Shown piece by piece: positions 60,750 through 64,000 of a stretch of DNA of 64,000 nt; within the stretch, counting starts at the first letter, position 1, and each line of letters opens with the position of its first letter. The notes under the pieces were generated by a model. That model was not told the DNA's origin and did no database searches. It saw nothing but the letters and a program-made list of their open reading frames with translations. Both the position numbers and the translations under genes were made by a program. This DNA is from Hormiphora californensis. Its lineage: Eukaryota > Animalia > Ctenophora. The DNA lies in contig CM035351.1 in assembly GCA_020137815.1 (NCBI GenBank), forward strand, positions 2,914,001 to 2,978,000, written 5' to 3'.

Positions 60750-62242
60750 GTAAGACTGATCTACAATCTTTAAGTGTAGCAGCACTGATCTTTCATTTAC
60801 CAGTTTTCTTTAGTTTTGTAATTTTTCTTGCCCTCCTCTCTCCTCTCATGAAAAACAACAACCCCTAATAGATTATTCGACTCACACATGTGCAACTAAC
60901 GGTTTTAAAAATTCGGCAAAAATCTCGCTCCTGTATATAATTTATATATATTCCGCTGAAAACCCTCATTGGTGTGCTGACTCCTTACACAAAATGTAGA
61001 AGTAAAAAACTTCTCAGGATCTATATTTTATGATGTTTCTGTGTGTGCGTGTGTCTAATTTCGACCTAGGTAGTATGTGTCGTTTGTGTGTAGGATGTCT
61101 AAACATAGAAAAAGAAAGAGAGAGCGTAAGTGACATAATCGCGTTGCTTGGAGGCAACTCAAAGAGAGAGCAAGATATGGTCAGAAGTGTGTGGGTGTTT
61201 GTTTTATATCTGTATATCGGTAAAGGCTATAGCCTATAACGTGGTGTGTGAGCATGTACGTGATAGTTTGTGTGTCTGTGTGTAAAGTGCTTACACTTTA
61301 ACTATCCCTTCCCATAAGCGGCCTCTTACAACACTTGCATACCTACATGAAATAATCAACCGCTTTGCTTCACTATCCCACACAAGGTGTTTTCCCAACA
61401 AAAAATACAAAAATATTAAACGAAACAAAAAATCCCGAGAATTTCTGTCCTCTTTGGAAAGATCAGTGCTGTATATTACATCTTTTCCAGCCTAAAAGAG
61501 ATTGCCAGCCCATGATTATCTCTCTCTCTCTCCTATCCTTCATACGTGTCCTCATGTGTGTGATGTGTGTGTGTAAATGATTCAACTTTATACTCGACAT
61601 ATCCCCTGTAACATATCCTCTGTAACCTCTGTATCTGGAAAACACCTTGCTATGATACCTTCATCTTACTCTTTCTTTTTGTTTCATGAAAGCGTGATGT
61701 TCTTTGCATCATCACCAAACACGCTAGCTGCATGAGTGGGTTGGTATTACCCAATTATACCCAATATATATACCAAATACTGGGTGCGGGTGGTTGTGGT
61801 GCGAGAGAAAAGGAACTATCTCTCTCTCTCTCGCATTCTAAAGACGAGTGGTGGTTGCAACATACACAACCATCATCTCTCTCGCTCTCTCTCCCCCGTC
61901 GTCCATTATGGCTTAATGGTTTCCACTTTTTGTGATTTGACCTTATTTGATTTGCTAAAACTACATCTTTTTTTGTTAATATTTTTATAACTCAACCAGC
62001 TCAGAAAGAAAGGGTATCCATATGCTGAAGTCTTTTCGTCAAGCTGAGCTTTCTTTCTCTCCCTGAGTTTCTCTCATTCTCGCCCTCTCTCCTGTTTCCA
62101 TCTGTCTGTCTCTATTCTCTCTCCTCTCTTTCTTGTCTTACAATACCCCATCTCCTAAGTCGATTTCTCTAAACGCTCCTCTCAGCCCGAATATATATTA
62201 ACTACAATGGGAGAAGGTCACAGAAAAGCATACCCGCTATGT

Positions 62243-62301
<59 letters not shown>

Positions 62302-64000
62302 CTTTCTCTCTCTCTCTCTCTCTATCTCAATGTGCAGCCTGTCAGCGGGTTGAGCGTTGTGGCGGCAACATGGCGGCATGTGTCCACTTGACCAATATTT
62401 ATGTAGGGAGAGATAGATAGAGAGAGATCCAGGCCCTATACTAGATGAGAGAGAGGGAGAGTGAGATATTGGGCGGACGAGGAGCATTTATGAAGAAGAA
62501 GGAAGTTTGTTAGGTAAAAGTGTCAAGCCTTGAAGTGTTTCTCCCCTTACGGAAACCATACCGACAGGGAGGGCTCTCACTACCTCTCTCTCTCTCTTTT
62601 TTCTCTATCCCTCTTTTTCTCTCTCTCTCTATCTCTCCCCCTGGCCTCTCTCTCTCTCACACGTGGTCGGTGCGTGTTGAAATGTGGCTTCGCCAAGCAT
62701 TGCTCGATCAACTCACTGGGCAACTAGGCGGCCAGTCGTGATGTGCACAGGAGAATATATAATATAGTATTCTCAGGAAGCGTGCTGCTGTGCTGCACCG
62801 AAAGTCTGTCCGTGTGACCCAATATTCCCCCGTGTTCGATGCAATAACCTTTCTCTTAACTACAAGAAATGGAATTATTGATCTTTTCTTTGTTTGTTTA
62901 AGAAACAACCGGAGAAGGCCCGTTGAGAAGGCGAGGGGGTATGTGGAGCAGAAATGCAGGAAGAAAGAGGGAGGGAGAGAGTGAGTGAGATAAAGAGAGA
63001 GAGAAATGAAAGATGAGACGCACACATAGAGAAACAAGGCGACACAGAGAGCGAAAAGAAAGGAGTAGGGCCTACGAGGAAAACCCCAGAAAGAAAATAT
63101 CACACAGCATAATCTAAACCCCACCTGACCTCAAAACAGGCTTATTATATATCACGTCGCCCCCACCCTCACATAGAACAATAACTTCAGACTGGACAGA
63201 CTATGACTGTTTTATATGCCAATACTGTTTTTATGTAGCATAAATGCTTTTATATATCTCCCAAAAAGAGAGTGTTATGTAAAAGTTTAAAATGTTTTTA
63301 TTCTTTGAGTTGTGGTGTGCGATTATGTATAACGGTGTTAATTTTTTAACGAAATCGTGCTGTCCGTCTTCTTAGAGACTAAATATAATATAAACATATA
63401 TATATAAATATATATAATGCATGTAGGGCATTGTTTTTTGTGCAGTAGGAACTTAATGAGAGAACTATATATACCAAGGGGCATGCTTGTCGTAAGCATG
63501 CCTTATTAAAGCTGGAGGCTGTCAATCAATTTCCCCAAAAGAAGACACTTCTCTCCAGTATACCTATCTTTCTGTCTCTTCTTCCCCTCATTATATCTTG
63601 CTGGTACGTGTGCTGAATTTGTTACTTCCTTGAACAAAAATTTGGAAACCAAAATTTGAAGTTGCCATGTGTGGGATCAATTCTCTTACTCCTACCCCTC
63701 ATACTGCCAAATACAAATTCGTTGCGAAGGAGAGAGGAGGTACCATAGACTTCCATATAATGTTCTTCTAGTTCATTTATTTTTCAGAAACTATTCGCTG
63801 TTCCTTTTCCTAAAAAGTTAACGATTGGCAGCCCCGCTTTATCTTTAATTTACTTTGAGTCCTGTAAACAGAGCCAAAATTCCTCATTCCTTTTTCTCTT
63901 ACGGTTCTGCTTACAATATTGTTTACTTTTATATTTTTTGACGTGTCTCCGCGTGCTCTCTCTCAGTGTGGACATAGAGGAGTTTACACCGACAATTTCA

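Noticed and set aside
60870-64000. Further exons in the final 3 kb
   Set aside because: Only short ORFs and microsatellites; most likely a long intron

Overview
Compact animal (eukaryotic) genomic DNA with GT-AG introns, CT/GA microsatellites and many MITEs. A cydippid ctenophore (Pleurobrachia-like) is my best guess, from recalled repeat families and gene content, and is unverified. 1-10 kb is transposon debris: foldback MITEs, a decayed PIF/Harbinger-type transposase, a LINE ORF1 fragment and TTAGGG-containing repeats. From 10.3 to 57.6 kb lie 13 co-oriented + strand genes: unknown, HAUS1, PGS1, TGS1, unknown mitochondrial-like, unknown large protein, Maf, CFAP410, MALSU1, PELO, hnRNP K-like KH protein, RBM42 and SGF29. 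They form three tight blocks with 80-370 bp spacers, and 12 of the 13 start codons have a splice acceptor 1-21 nt upstream, which suggests spliced-leader trans-spliced operons. The introns carry an intact LINE, a tRNA-Val, a palindromic array of tRNA-like genes, a nested antisense TRPC-like channel gene and a nested tandem pair of secreted proteins. An intronless LDLa-7TM GPCR sits antisense between blocks. The most striking observation is that four otherwise intact intronless genes (PGS1, TGS1, Maf, the 10.3 kb gene) are broken by 8 frameshifts, all single-base (+1) insertions. Seven neighbouring multi-exon genes, the LINE, the GPCR and the TRP gene have none. This is either patterned sequencing error or a +1 recoding / single-nucleotide-deletion system.
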